Below are positions 38,814 through 49,641 of a stretch of 64,000 nucleotides of DNA, piece by piece; position 1 is the stretch's first letter, and each line of letters begins with the position of its first letter. The DNA is taken from the NCBI GenBank assembly GCA_963717745.1, contig CAVQXJ010000011.1, forward strand, positions 127,942-191,941. Direction: 5' to 3'. This DNA comes from an uncultured Acidobacteriota bacterium (GTDB lineage: Bacteria; Acidobacteriota; Vicinamibacteria; Vicinamibacterales; 2-12-FULL-66-21). A program made the translations under genes and the position numbers. Below the pieces are notes generated by a model, which was not told the origin of the DNA, did no database searches, and saw only the letters and a list, made by a program, of their open reading frames with translations.

Positions 38814-39489
38814 ATGCTGACCGTCGATCGAGTCACGAAGCGCTATCGCACTCCCCGGGGGGAGCTCTCCATCCTGACCGACATCTCGCTGTCGCTCGAG
38901 CGCGGCGCCGCGATCGCGATCATGGGACCCTCCGGCAGCGGCAAGAGCACGCTGCTCTATATCCTGGGCGCGCTCGAGGCACCGTCGTCTGGCACGGTCA
39001 CCCTTGACGGCAAGGACCCGTACCGGATGGGCGAGCGGGAACAGGCGGCGTTTCGCAACCAGCAGATCGGGTTCGTCTTCCAGGATCACTCGCTGCTGCC
39101 GCAATGCTCGGTGCTCGAAAACGTGCTCGCGCCGACGTTCGTGGCGCCGCCGGCCGACGCCGGACCGCGCCGCCGCCACCCGGGCGCAGGCGCTGCTGAC
39201 CCAGGTCGGACTCGCCGACCGGCTCGCCCATCGTCCCGCCGAGCTGTCGGGCGGCGAAAAACAACGGGCCGCGCTCGCGCGCGCGCTCATTCGCAATCCG
39301 ACACTGCTGCTCTGCGACGAACCGACCGGCAACCTCGATCGTGCCGCGGCCGACACGGTGGCCGATCTGCTGCTCGAGCTGCATGCGGCCCGCAACACGA
39401 TCCTGGTGGTGGTGACCCATAGCGCGCCGCTGGCCGCCCGTTTTCCGGTGCGTTATGAGATGAGCGGCGGGAGTCTGGTGAAGGCGTAG
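38814..39489 (+). CDS. ABC transporter ATP-binding protein, LolD/MacB-type (frameshift near 39165)
   Basis: GPSGSGKST, GFVFQ, LSGGEKQR, DEPTGNLD, VTH. Confidence 0.92.
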
Positions 39490-39707
39490 TCAAATCCCAA
39501 GCTCCAAGCTCCAAATCCCAACCACTCCCAAATCCCAAATCCCAAATAACTCCCAAATGCCAACGCCCAATTGATCTCGAGTGCAGGGTTTTGGAAGATG
39601 GGTCGGATTTGGCGGTTGGGAGTGATTGGGATTTGGGGTTGGGAGTCGATTTGGGAGTTGGGAGTTGGGAGTGGTTGGGATTTGGAGCTTGGGATTTGGG
39701 ATTTGAC
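39489..39707. repeat. Family A palindrome, copy 6, inside the ABC operon
   Basis: GTCAAATCCCAAGCTCC... / ...GGGATTTGAC; overlaps TAG and ends 2 nt before the next ATG. Confidence 0.95.
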
Positions 39708-39709
39708 GA

Positions 39710-42700
39710 ATGTCGCATACGCCATCTAGCACTCCGTAGCACCACCTACCATTGGCGCACCAACCTCGCCGTCGGCCTCGGCGTCGCCGCCGCGGTGTCG
39801 GTGCTCGGCGGCGCGCTGCTGGTCGGCGACTCGGTGCGCGGCAGTCTGCGCGATCTGGTGCTGTCGCGGCTCGGCCGGACTGGTCAGGTCGTCTCGTCGA
39901 TGGGCTTCTTCAGGGAGGCGCTCGCGGCGGATCTGACCGCCAACGGCGCGGCCGCGGCGCCGCTGATTGCCACGCGCGGGTTCATCACCCACGAGGCCTC
40001 GCAGCGGCGGGCGTCGAGCGTGCTCGTCTACGGCGTCGACGAGCGGTTCTGGCGGTTTCACGGGCTCGAGCCGCGCGACGGCGTGTTCGTGTCGCCGGCG
40101 CTCGGGGCAGAGCTCGGCGCCGCGCCTGGCGACGTCCTGTTGACGCGGCTGCAGAAGCCGTCGGAGATTCCGCTCGAGTCGCTGTTCGCACACAAGGAGG
40201 ATCTCGGACGCACGATCCGGCTGACCGTCACCGGCTCGCTTCCGCCGGCGCAGCTCGGCGAGTTCTCGCTTCAACCGCAGCAGTCGGAAGTTCGCGCCGT
40301 GTTCGCGCCGCTGTCACGGCTGCAGCGCGATCTTGCGATCGGCAGGCAGGTCAACACCGTGCTGGTCGCCGGCGAGATCCCCGAGGCCGACGCGGCGCGG
40401 ACGCTCCGATCCAGCCTGACGCTCGACGATCTGGGCGTCAGCGTGAGCGTGGTGGCGGGAGGGACCGCCGTGATCGTCGAGAGCGCCAGCGGCGTGATCG
40501 GCGACGCGCTCGAGAAGGCGGCGTACGACGGCGCGCGAGAGCTGGGTCAGACCCCGATGCCGGTATTCACCTACCTGGCGAATGCGATCCGGGTGGGCGA
40601 TCGGGAAGTGCCGTATTCCCTGGTCAGCGGAATCCACCTGCGCGCGCTCCCGACGTTCGAGCGCCCCGAAGCTCGCTTGCCCACCGTAGCGCGAAGCGCG
40701 GAAGCGGGGGTTCCCAATCTGGGTGCGCCGCTTCCCATGTGGAGGTTGGGCCCGGACTCGATCGTCCTGAACGACTGGACGGCGCGCGAGTTGAACGCGA
40801 AGGTCGGCGACACCGCCACCCTCGAGTTCTATCTCTGGGACGCCGCCGCCGGACTGCAGACGAGCACTGCGACATTCACGGTCACCGGCTTCGTGCCGAT
40901 GACCGGACTGGCCGCCGACCGGCGGCTCGCTCCGGTCTATCCGGGTATCTCCGACTCCGACAGCCTGTCGGGCTGGGACCCGCCGTTCCCGCTCGACCTC
41001 TCCAAAGTCCGCCCGCAAGACGAAGCGTACTGGCGAGACCACCGCACGACACCGAAGGCGTTCATCTACTACGAGCGCGCGCGCGATTTGTGGTCGACCC
41101 GTTACGGCAAGCTCACCGGCCTCCGCTTCGGCGTTCCCGCCGGAGGCAACGCCGAAGCGCTGGCAGAGGGGCTGCGAGCCGCAGCTGCGGCAGCAGGTCG
41201 AGCCGGTCTCGCAGGGCATCGCGCTTACGCCGGCGCGGCGGCAGGCGCTCGAGGCCTCGCGCGGCGCCACCGATTTCGGCGAGTACTTCACTTACTTCAG
41301 CTTCTTCATCGTCGTCTCGGCGCTGCTGCTCGTGGTGCTGTTCTTCCGGCTCGGCATCGAACAGCGGCTCCGCCAGATCGGCGTGCTTCGAGCCACCGGG
41401 TATACCGAGCGTCATCTCCGCTGGATGCTGTCGGCCGAGGCGGCGGTGATCGCGCTCGCAGGCGGCGTCGTTGGTGTCGCCGGCGCCATTGCCTATGCGG
41501 CCCTCGTCGTGCTCGGTCTGAAAACCTGGTGGGTCGGGGCGGTGGGGACGACGCTCCTCGAGCTGCATGTGGGGAAGGCGAGCCTCGCAATCGGCTTCGC
41601 GGGCGGCATGATTGCGTCGCTCCTCTGCGTGGTGCTGTCGCTGCGGGCGGTGTCGCGGCGGAGTCCGCGGGCCTTGCTCGGCGCGCACTCGATCGAGCAG
41701 CCGGTTGGCGTGGATCCACGGCGATCCCGGCGCGGTGCGCACATCGCCGCTCTGCTGGCGTTGGCCTCGATGGCGGCCGGATTCGTCAGGCCCGCGGCGC
41801 AGGCCGCCGCATTCTTTGTCGCCGGCGCCGCACTGCTGACGGCGTTCCTGTTCATGCTGTCATCCTGGCTGCGCTCGCGCGACGCCAGGGCCATCGTCGG
41901 CCACGGTACCTGGGCGATGTCCCGCCTCGGCTTTCGCGGCGCGGCGTTTCGGCCGGCGCGGAGCGTCCTCTCCGCGGCCTTGGTGGCATCGGCGGCGTTC
42001 ATCATCGTGTCGGTCGACGCGTTCCGCCGCGGTGGGGGAGAGCTCACCCAGGACCAGACGTCGGGCACCGGCGGATATGTGCTGCTGGCGCAGTCCGAGG
42101 TTCCGATCGTGCACGACCCCGACAGCGCCGCCGGACGGGAAGCGCTGGTGGTGCAGTCGCCGGCCTTCGCGCGGGCCGGCTTCACGCGCTTTCGCTCGAG
42201 ACCGGGCGAGGACGTGAGCTGCCTGAATCTCTATCGCCCCGGCAATCCGGCGATCGTCGCTCCGGAAGACTCATTTCTCGATCAGCGGCGTTTTACCTTC
42301 GCGGCCTCGCTCGCCGAGAGCGAGCAGGAGCGCGCCAATCCCTGGCTGCTGCTGCGCCGTCCATCCTCGGATGGCACCGTCCCGGTGATCGCCGACGCGA
42401 CTTCGCTGCAGTACGTCCTGCACGCGGCGGTGGGCGACACGATGACCATCGACACCGGCGCCGCGACGCCGGTGACGCTGCGCTTCGTCGGCGCGCTGCG
42501 CGACAGCGTGCTGCAGGGGGAGCTGGTGATGGCGGAGGGGCAGTTCGTTCGGCTGTTCCCGAGCCAGGAAGGGTATCGCTTCTTCCTGATCGATGCGCCG
42601 GATGTCCGCACCTCCGAGCAGGCGCGGCAGCTGGCGGAGATCATCGAGAAAGATCTGCAGCCGTTCGGGGTCGACGCGGTGAGCACGGTCGAGCGGCTCG

Positions 42701-43104
42701 ACGCGTTTCACCGGGTGGAGAACACCTACCTCTCGACGTTCCAGGCGCTGGGCGGGCTCGGGCTGCTGCTCGGCACGATCGGGCTTGCCACGGTGATGTT
42801 CCGGAACGTGCTCGAGCGCCGGCGCGAACTGGCGCTGCTGCGCGCCGTCGGCTACGACGCGCGGCACATCACCGTGATGATCGGGGCCGAGACGCTGTTC
42901 CTGCTGCTGTCGGGGCTCGCCGCCGGTGCCGGCTGCGCGATCGTCGCGGTGGCGCCGGCCTGGCTGGCGCGCGGCGGCAGCGGGCCGGGCGTAGGATTGC
43001 TGGTCTTGCTCGGCGCCATCGCCGCGGCCGGGATCCTGTCCGCCGCCGTCGCCACGCGCGCGGCGGTGACTGGGCCGCTGCTGGAGGCGCTGCGGGCAGA
43101 GTAG
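39710..43104 (+). CDS. Large duplicated FtsX/LolE-like ABC permease (frameshifts near 39716 and 41178)
   Basis: YHWRTNLAVGLGV..GALLVGDSVRGSL; EQRLRQIGVLRATG; ERRRELALLRAVG; LEALRAE. Confidence 0.85.
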
Positions 43105-43190
43105 GATCCACCTTCAAGACGTTGGAGGTAGTGGGAGGTGCCGGATCCCCGCCTTCGAGACGTTGGAGGTGGTGGGAGGTACCGGATCTC
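43104..43190. repeat. Tandem direct repeat of about 40 bp, two copies
   Basis: GGATCC..CCTTC(A/G)AGACGTTGGAGGT(A/G)GTGGGAGGT(G/A)CC twice, running into the family C arm. Confidence 0.8.
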
Positions 43191-43297
43191 AAAAACGGAG
43201 CAACGGAGAGAACGAAGTAAAACGGAGAAGACTATTTCAGGCAAACCCTAATTGTCTTTTTCGTTATTCTCCGTTGCTCCGTTTTTGAGATCCGGTA
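43180..43297. repeat. Family C palindrome (AACGGAGC units), copy 1
   Basis: Perfect 30-bp arms TACCGGATCTCAAAAACGGAGCAACGGAGA. Confidence 0.92.
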
Positions 43298-43336
43298 GCT
43301 CCAACGACCTCGGCTGCTTCTAATAAGGACGACGAG

Positions 43337-43789
43337 ATGAAAACAATGTTGACAGCACGGGACATCAAGGTGGCGCTGGCGGCCGCGGTAATCACGCTCA
43401 CCGGCGCCGGGATGATGCGGGCACAGACTCCGGTGATGGGCTCACGCATCTTCGAATGGGACGCGCTGAAGGTCGAGAAAACGAAGGTCGGCGCCCGGCG
43501 CGACGTCGTCCGGCTGCCGACCGCCACGCTCGACGAGCTCGAGATGCACATCACCACGCTCGATGCCGGCCAGACCTCGCATGCGCCCCATCAGCATCCG
43601 GCCGAGGAGCTGATCATCATCAAGGAGGGCACGCTCGAGTCGTTCGTGAACGGCGAGTACAAGCGCGTCGGTCCAGGCTCGATCGTCTTCCAGGCGTCCA
43701 ATCAGCCGCACGCGATCCGGAACGTCGGTACCACGCCGGCGACCTATCACGTGGTGCAGTGGCAATCGCCAGGCATGCTCAAGAAATGA
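43337..43789 (+). CDS. Secreted cupin domain protein
   Basis: Signal peptide; HAPHQHPAEELIIIKEG...GPGS...PHAIRN; SD AAGGA. Confidence 0.88.
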   Translation: MKTMLTARDIKVALAAAVITLTGAGMMRAQTPVMGSRIFEWDALKVEKTKVGARRDVVRLPTATLDELEMHITTLDAGQTSHAPHQHPAEELIIIKEGTLESFVNGEYKRVGPGSIVFQASNQPHAIRNVGTTPATYHVVQWQSPGMLKK

Positions 43790-43958
43790 AAATCCCAAGA
43801 TCCAAATCCCAAGCTCCAACCACTCCCAAAGTCCAACGCCCAAGGGTGAAATCCCAAATCCCAAATTCCCAATCCCGCGTGAATGCCACTGTTGGCGGAG
43901 GGTTTGGGATTTGGAAGTTGGGAGTGGTTGGAGCTTGGGATTTGGATCTTGGGATTTT
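43789..43958. repeat. Family A palindrome, copy 7
   Basis: Perfect arms of about 41 bp, AAAATCCCAAGATCCAAATCCCAAGCTCCAACCACTCCCAA. Confidence 0.95.
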
Positions 43959-44005
43959 GGATGGTGCTGTATTTCAAGCCGTCGGCTTGAAATACAGCAC
44001 CATCC
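43959..44005. repeat. Perfect 22-bp hairpin formed by an inverted copy of a gene 3' end
   Basis: GGATGGTGCTGTATTTCAAGCC-GTC-GGCTTGAAATACAGCACCATCC. Confidence 0.9.
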
Positions 44006-44426
44006 CTGCTCCGATCGCCGTCACCAGAAACCCCACATACAACATCGGGCTCGGCGCGGTCTTGGGTGGGTGCGTCGCGATCGTGTACAGCACGTTGACG
44101 AGCGGCGCGCCGCCGAAGACCAGGGGCATCACGTAGGTCGGAATGCCGCCGGTGCGGAACGAGAAGATGATGCAGACCGCGCCGAGTGCCCCCAGCGTGC
44201 CGGCGACGGTTGCCGCGGTCGTCCCCTCCCGGTTGAATCCGCTCAGGCCCTGCCCCTGCGCGAACAGCGTAATCACCGGCACCACGACGCCGACCATGAA
44301 GTAGGCGACGCCCACGCACAGCAACGCGCGCATCGGACTCCCCAGCTTCACCTGCCCCTGATGCAGCATCGCCCCATAGACGCCCCACGACAGCACCGCT
44401 CCCGCGACGAACACAAGCCACGTCAT
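43974..44426 (-). CDS. Small 5-TM membrane protein (DMT/EamA-like)
   Basis: SD GGAGGAG; WGVYG, GTLGALG, YVMPLVFGGAP. Confidence 0.75.
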   Translation of the reverse strand: MTWLVFVAGAVLSWGVYGAMLHQGQVKLGSPMRALLCVGVAYFMVGVVVPVITLFAQGQGLSGFNREGTTAATVAGTLGALGAVCIIFSFRTGGIPTYVMPLVFGGAPLVNVLYTIATHPPKTAPSPMLYVGFLVTAIGAGMVLYFKPTA

Positions 44427-44471
44427 TGAAAACTCCTCCACTGAAAACCAATTGAACGACAGCGGCTGTCG

Positions 44472-47400
44472 TTAGAACACAGCTCTTATCCCCAACTGAA
44501 TCTGCCGCGCGGACGTGATGGTGTTGGTGATGCGGCCGAACGTGGCGAGCACCGGCTGGCCTTCGGTGCCGGAGAACGCGCGCAGTTCGGGCGTGCCGAA
44601 GTTGGCCCGGTCGAGGAGATTGAAGGCTTCGACACGGAACTCGAGGCGGCCCCCGAGCCGGGCCCAGCCGACGGTCTTCGAGAGCGCCATGTCGAGGGTG
44701 CGCAGATTGGGGCCGGTGAAGTCGCCGCGGCCGGTGTTGCCGAAGGTCCCGGCGGGTTGCAGCGCGAACGCTGCGGGATCGAACCACTGCTCGACCCGGC
44801 CGAGCACCGCGTTGTCAGGACCATAGCCGGGCGCGTAGTCGGGGCGATCCTGGCCGATGCCCGGGCCCCGCGAGGGATTCCACTGCGACCGCGAGCGGTT
44901 GGTGGTCACGAACACGGTCAGCGGGTTGCCGCTTCGCATGGTCCAGATGCCTGCGAGGTTCCAGCCGCCGAGAAGCGCGCCCTTCGCGCCGGTCAGACTG
45001 CGTCCGGGCAGCGTCCAGGTGAAGTTCATGACCCAGTTGTGCCGGATGTCGAACTCCGACGGCCCCCGGTTGTAGTCGGGGATGAACTCGGGGAGCGCCG
45101 ACGTCGTGCCGTTGGTGGCGTCGGAGAAGAAGGTCGACGCCTGGGTGGTGTCCTCGCTCTTCGAGAACGTGTAAGCCGAGTGCACCGACAATCCCTGGCT
45201 CCACCGGCGGCGGACTTCGAAGATCAGCGCGTTGTACCACGAGTTGCCGTCGCTGCTCTTGAGCTCGATGGTCGAGAACGCGGGGTTGATGCGCGGCGTG
45301 CCGGCGGCGATGAACGGCCGTCCGTCGGCGGTGGTTCCGGTCGGCTGCGCCAGGTTGACGTCGCCGCTGCGGAGCAGGTGCTTGCCGCGCGAGCCGGCGT
45401 AGCCCACCGTGATCGCCGTCCGCCCCCAGATCTCCTGCTGGACGTTGGCGTTGTAGATGTGCACCCGCGGGTTCTCGAGGTCGAACTGCACCGGCCGCAT
45501 CGAGATCGCGCTGGCGCGATCGAACGGCGGATTCGGGAAGGTCGGATTGACGATGACCGGCCGCGGGGTGAACGGCGGGTTGGTCACCGTCACGATCAGG
45601 TTCTGGTGATTGTTGGTGTTGAAGTAGAGCCCGTACCCGCCGCGCACCGCGGTGCGCCCGGTGCCGAATGGATCCCACGCGAGTCCCATCCGCGGCGACA
45701 GGTTGGTATAGGTCGGGTTCTCGTAGAGCGGGCCGACGACCGCGACCGACCCGCTGAGATCGGGCAGCGCGGAATCGCGGTTGTATTTCTCCTCGGGCAG
45801 GGTCGCGAACTCGTAACGCACCCCGGCGTTGAGGGTCAGCCGCGGCGTGAGCTGGATGTCGTCCTGCGCGTAGAAGCCGAACAGCGTGAACCGCCAGTAA
45901 CGATCGAACTGCGCCTCCGGCGTCAGGCCGACGAAGCTCGAGGGACGGTTGCCGAGGAAGGCCGGGAGATCGGCGAAGGTGAAGATCCCGAGGCTGAAGG
46001 TCGGGTTCACCATGTTGTCCTGATAGTGCTCGGCGATCGCCCCCGACTTGATCACGTGCCGGCCGCGGGTGTGGACGAGATCGGACTGCGCGCTGAACAC
46101 GTTCTGCACCAGCCGCAGGTTGCCCGAGCTCTGCGGCCCGAACCGGCGCAGGCCGCCGATGTCGATGTCCCCCATGCTGTCGCGGGTGGCGATGAAGACC
46201 GGCAGCGGCGTCGAGGTGTTGGCCTGGACGTTCTGGCCGATCCGGGTCCGGCTGAAGCCGCCGCGAACGGTGTTGAGGGTGTTCGGCGACAGGATCCGCC
46301 GGTACTCGGCGGTGAAGAACTGGTTGCGCGAGATGAAGTTCCTGGGGAACTGCGGATAGTCGGTCGGCAGGAACTGGTCGGTGGTGTCGAAGGTGTATCG
46401 CGCGAAGAGCTGGTTGCCGGCGCCCAGGTTGTGGTCGATCCGTCCCTGCGCGAAATGCTCGTCGAGCCGCTGATCGAACGGGAACGTGAAGGTGGCGAGC
46501 CCCTGGCCGATCGACGGCCCGTTGGCGCGCGGGTACTCGGCGAGGTAGGGTGCGGTCACCGGGCTGATCGCCACCTGTCCGCTCGGCAGCAGCCCGGTGC
46601 GGGCGTTGTCGTCCGGGACGACGGTGCTGACCGTCTTGCCGAGCCGCTCGATCAGCGCTTCGTAGCCGAGGAAGAAGAAGGTGCGGTCGCGGGCGATCGG
46701 TCCGCCAAGAGTGGCGCCGAACTGGTTGCGATGGAAGTCGGGCTGCGTGCCGACGTCGAAATAGTTGCGCGAGTCGAGCGCGTCGTTGCGATGGTATGCG
46801 TAGAGCGCGCCGTCGAGGGTGTTGGCCCCGGACTTGGTGAGCACGTTGATCTGTCCGCCCGAGTTGCGCCCGAATTCCGCGCTGTAGGCGTTGGACTCGA
46901 CCCGGAACTCGCGGATCGTTTCGGTCCCGAGCGCGGTGCCGGCGGCGCTGCCCGCCGGTCCGTTGGTGAAGTCGTTCTGCAGCGTGCCGTCGAGCAGATA
47001 CACGTTGGAGCGCGGGTCCTGGCCGTTCACGCTCATCCCGAGGCCGTGGGCGACGACCGAGCCGCCGTCGCGATGCGGATAGGCGAGCACGCCAGGCTGC
47101 AGCAGCGCCAGGTCGGTGTAGTTGCGGCCGTTGAGCGGCAGTGCGTTGATGGCTTCGGAGCCGACCAGGTAGCTCAGCTCCGCGCTCGAGGTATTCACGA
47201 GCGAGGTGTCGCCGGTGACCGTGACCTCTTCGCTGAGACCGCCGACCTCCAGCGTGAGGTTGAGGACGAGCGCCTGCGCGATCGTCAGCTGCAGTCCGCG
47301 CCGGACGTGCGGCTTGAAGCTGGCGAGCTCGGCCCGCAGCTCGTAGACGCCAGGCGGCAGGCCGGCAATCACGTAGCGGCCTTCGGGCCCGGTGGCCACG

Positions 47401-47576
47401 GTCCGCGTCAGCGCGGTATCGACGTTCCGCAGCGTGATCGCGACGCCCGGCAGCAGGCTTCGATTCGGATCTTCGACGGTTCCACTGATGGTCGCCGCGG
47501 TCTGCGCCGTCGCGGCCGCGGCAGGGAGGAGGGCGAATAGCGCCGCAAGAACACACAAGACGGAACGAAAACGCAT
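44472..47576 (-). CDS. TonB-dependent receptor with N-terminal carboxypeptidase regulatory-like domain (Oar-like)
   Basis: [48 protein letters not shown] with terminal Phe. Confidence 0.92.
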   Translation of the reverse strand: MRFRSVLCVLAALFALLPAAAATAQTAATISGTVEDPNRSLLPGVAITLRNVDTALTRTVATGPEGRYVIAGLPPGVYELRAELASFKPHVRRGLQLTIAQALVLNLTLEVGGLSEEVTVTGDTSLVNTSSAELSYLVGSEAINALPLNGRNYTDLALLQPGVLAYPHRDGGSVVAHGLGMSVNGQDPRSNVYLLDGTLQNDFTNGPAGSAAGTALGTETIREFRVESNAYSAEFGRNSGGQINVLTKSGANTLDGALYAYHRNDALDSRNYFDVGTQPDFHRNQFGATLGGPIARDRTFFFLGYEALIERLGKTVSTVVPDDNARTGLLPSGQVAISPVTAPYLAEYPRANGPSIGQGLATFTFPFDQRLDEHFAQGRIDHNLGAGNQLFARYTFDTTDQFLPTDYPQFPRNFISRNQFFTAEYRRILSPNTLNTVRGGFSRTRIGQNVQANTSTPLPVFIATRDSMGDIDIGGLRRFGPQSSGNLRLVQNVFSAQSDLVHTRGRHVIKSGAIAEHYQDNMVNPTFSLGIFTFADLPAFLGNRPSSFVGLTPEAQFDRYWRFTLFGFYAQDDIQLTPRLTLNAGVRYEFATLPEEKYNRDSALPDLSGSVAVVGPLYENPTYTNLSPRMGLAWDPFGTGRTAVRGGYGLYFNTNNHQNLIVTVTNPPFTPRPVIVNPTFPNPPFDRASAISMRPVQFDLENPRVHIYNANVQQEIWGRTAITVGYAGSRGKHLLRSGDVNLAQPTGTTADGRPFIAAGTPRINPAFSTIELKSSDGNSWYNALIFEVRRRWSQGLSVHSAYTFSKSEDTTQASTFFSDATNGTTSALPEFIPDYNRGPSEFDIRHNWVMNFTWTLPGRSLTGAKGALLGGWNLAGIWTMRSGNPLTVFVTTNRSRSQWNPSRGPGIGQDRPDYAPGYGPDNAVLGRVEQWFDPAAFALQPAGTFGNTGRGDFTGPNLRTLDMALSKTVGWARLGGRLEFRVEAFNLLDRANFGTPELRAFSGTEGQPVLATFGRITNTITSARQIQLGIRAVF

Positions 47577-47797
47577 CAGGTCCTCAGGTTCAAGGGTTCC
47601 GGGGCCGTGAACCCCTTGAAGCAATTGTGTCATCCGCCGCTTGCCCGATGCCGCGGTTCGTGTGATAAAGACGTTTTGCCCCTTTGCCCTGTTTCAGGGC
47701 CGCTTTCCACGTGTCCGCCCGCCGGCCCTTCACGAGGCTCAGGGCTCCGAGCGCGGTCGAGGACGGGAACGAGGGCACGCTCCAAGGAGAGGCGACA

Positions 47798-48019
47798 CTG
47801 GCCCCGACTGCACGGATCGGCTGGTTCATCGCGATTGCCGCGCTGTACCTGCTTCATCAGGACATCTGGTTCTGGCGCCAGGCGCGTCCGCTCGTGTTCG
47901 GTTTCCTGCCGGTCGGGCTGGCGTACCACGGCGCCTACTGTGTGGCGGTCGCCGGCCTGATGTGGGGGCTGACCCGGTTCGCCTGGCCGTCTCATCTGGA
48001 AGATCGCGAGGACCGTTGA
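47798..48019 (+). CDS. Small 2-TM partner of an SSS symporter (DUF3311-like); possible CTG start
   Basis: [11 protein letters not shown]...[11 protein letters not shown]; SD AAGGAG; overlaps the symporter start. Confidence 0.65.
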   Translation: MAPTARIGWFIAIAALYLLHQDIWFWRQARPLVFGFLPVGLAYHGAYCVAVAGLMWGLTRFAWPSHLEDREDR

Positions 48020-49555
48020 TTCCAGCGGTCATCGTTTTTGCCTATCTCGCGGTCATCCTCTACATCGGCATCTTCGCCTGGCGATCCGAGCGTGGCGGCG
48101 CCGCGGTCGAGGAGTACTTCCTGGCCGGCCGCTCGCTCGGGCCGGCGGTCTTCCTGCTGTCGCTGTTCGGCACCAACATGACGGCGTTCACGATCCTGGG
48201 ATCGGCCGGACACGCGTTCGCGAACGGCGTGGTGACGTTCGGATTGATGGCGTCCTCTTCCGCGCTCGTCATCCCCCTGACCGCTGTTCTTCATCGGCAC
48301 CCGGCTGTGGGCGCTCGGCAAGCGCCACGGGTTCATCACTCCGGTGCAGATGTTCCGCGATCGCTGGGAGTGCGCTCACATCGGCACGCTGATCTTCGTG
48401 GTGCAGGCCGCGCTGCTGGTGCCCTACATCATCATCGGTGTGATGGGCGGTGGGACGGCGCTGCGCGCGATCACCGGCGGTCTGATTCCCTACGCGGCCG
48501 GCGGCGGGCTGGTCGCGCTGGTGGTGATGGGCTACGTGTTCTTCGGCGGCATGCGCGGCACCGCCTGGGTCAACGCCTTCCAGACCGTCCTGTTCCTGTC
48601 GTTCGGCGCGATTGCGTTGATCGTGATCGGCCGCAGCATCGGCGGGTTCCCCGCGACGATGGCCGCGCTGCTCGACAGTCCGGCCACCGCACCGCTCCTG
48701 ACCCGCGAGCGGGTCTCGCCCTGGTTCTTCTTCAGCTACACCTTCATCCCGCTCTCGACCATCGCCTTTCCGCACATCGCGATTTTCTGCCTGACCGCGA
48801 AGCGCCTGGTGCAGTTCAAGCGCACGGTCGTGTTCTATCCGGTCTGCATCCTGGCGATCTGGCTGCCGTGCGTGTTTCTCGGCGTCGCCGGCAATGCCCT
48901 GGTCGACGCGCCGCCGATCGCCTCCAAGCTGCAGGCCCGGCAGGCGCTGGCCGCGGCCCCGGCGGACATGCCCGCTGCCGAGCGCACCGCGCTCCGGCGC
49001 CAGGCGGCCGGCGACGACGTGATTCCGATCATGCTGGACTGGTTCGCGCCGCTGTGGCTCGCCGGACTGCTCGGGGCCGGCATCATGGCGGCGGTCATGG
49101 CCAGCGACTCGCAGATCCTGGCGCTCTCGACCATGTTCACCGAGGATGTGTTCACGTTCTACGGGGGGACCGCCCGGTTCGGCGAGTCGGTGCAGGTGCA
49201 GACCGGCCGCGCGTTCGTGGTCGCGCTGACCGTCGCGGCCTATTTGATCGCGCTGCGCGCGCCGCAGGGCATCTTCGATCTCGCCGTGCAGTACGCGTTC
49301 TCCGGCTATGCCGCGCTGTCGCCGCTGCTGGTGGCGGCGCTGTTCTGGAAGCGGAGCACGAAGTGGGGCGCCCTGGCGGTCACGCTGTGGGTCGCCGCGG
49401 CGGTGATCTATACCGCCCGCGTTCCCGGCGCGCTCGCGTGGTTCGGGCTGCTGCCGGTGGTGCCGATGACGCTCATCTCAGTGCTGCTGATGATCGTCGT
49501 CTCGATCGCGACCCCCCCGCCGTCTCCCGAGACGTTGGCGCGGTATGGGTGGTGA
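48016..49555 (+). CDS. Sodium:solute symporter (frameshift near 48282)
   Basis: [39 protein letters not shown]. Confidence 0.88.
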
Positions 49556-49641
49556 ATCCTCTCGCTGTCCGCGGGTTCGCGGTTCGCGGGTTCGCGGGAT
49601 CGGGCGGGCTTGGCCTCGAGGCGGCGGAGGTATATCGAGGC

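Noticed and set aside
43104-43190. Two direct repeats of about 40 bp as a mini-CRISPR
   Set aside because: Adjacent copies with no spacer and only two units
44757-47556. Very long alternative-frame and antisense ORFs (927 aa, 913 aa; also 2316-4277, 28742-30520)
   Set aside because: Shadow ORFs from high-GC codon bias; Arg/Pro/Gly-rich with no motifs, overlapping clear genes
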